Shown: positions 58,895 to 64,000 of the stretch, piece by piece
Position numbering within the stretch: position 1 is the stretch's first letter
Layout of the letters: each line of letters opens with the position of its first letter
DNA from: a phage
DNA: 64,000 nt
Assembly: GCA_033648345.1 (NCBI GenBank)
Contig: GCA_033648345.1_4121.1
Strand: one strand, 5' to 3'
Program-made: the position numbers and the translations under genes
The notes under the pieces: model-generated
The model's database searches: none
Seen by the model: only the letters and a program-made list of their open reading frames with translations
Told to the model about the DNA's origin: nothing

Positions 58895-58972
58895 ATATTA
58901 TTTATCAAAAAATATAAACCACATTTAAATTTAAGGCAATATTCCCTGATCTCTATGATATTATTTATCAAA
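58895..58972 (-). promoter_or_regulatory. Two tandem late-promoter-like boxes (minus-strand TTTGATAAATAATAT)
   Basis: Identical 15-mers at 58895-58909 and 58958-58972 (plus coordinates), 63 bp apart; proximal copy ~43 nt upstream of the ATG at 58852. Confidence 0.4.
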
Positions 58973-58974
58973 TC

Positions 58975-64000
<5,026 letters not shown>

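Overview
This window is a densely coded, AT-rich (roughly 38% GC by eye) segment of a large tailed dsDNA phage genome, with T4-like core genes in a non-T4 gene order. All calls rest on reading the six-frame translations and the nucleotide text; no database search or computation was run, so homology calls are motif- and memory-based. Several ORF-track starts are TTG/GTG N-terminal extensions, and I moved those to a downstream ATG with a Shine-Dalgarno where the sequence supports it. Main blocks: (1) a minus-strand tail-fiber cassette (1-4092) including a pectate-lyase-like tailspike; (2) a Nudix hydrolase and a ClpA-type double-AAA+ unfoldase driven by a consensus sigma70 promoter; (3) a ~20 kb minus-strand baseplate/tail module (12207-32749) with a 3323-aa giant protein, a gp25-like wedge protein, a free T4-type lysozyme and a spike protein carrying a second lysozyme domain; (4) gp55-like late sigma factor, gp47/gp46 (Mre11/Rad50-type) nuclease and an Endo VII-like protein; (5) an ~830 bp ORF-free region with promoter and terminator signals (candidate ncRNA); (6) a head module in T4 order (portal, core proteins, protease, scaffold, major capsid protein); (7) an accessory island of two T5orf172 (GIY-YIG superfamily) genes with its own consensus promoter; (8) a His-rich tail fiber, family B DNA polymerase, GroES homolog, two paralogous putative structural genes, RNase H, and a large terminase gene split by a +1 frameshift inside its Walker A motif. 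Recurrent regulatory motifs are visible: an early-promoter family, T4-type late-promoter boxes (TATAAATA-like) and hairpin/T-run terminators. No tRNA, CRISPR array, integrase or transposase was recognised.
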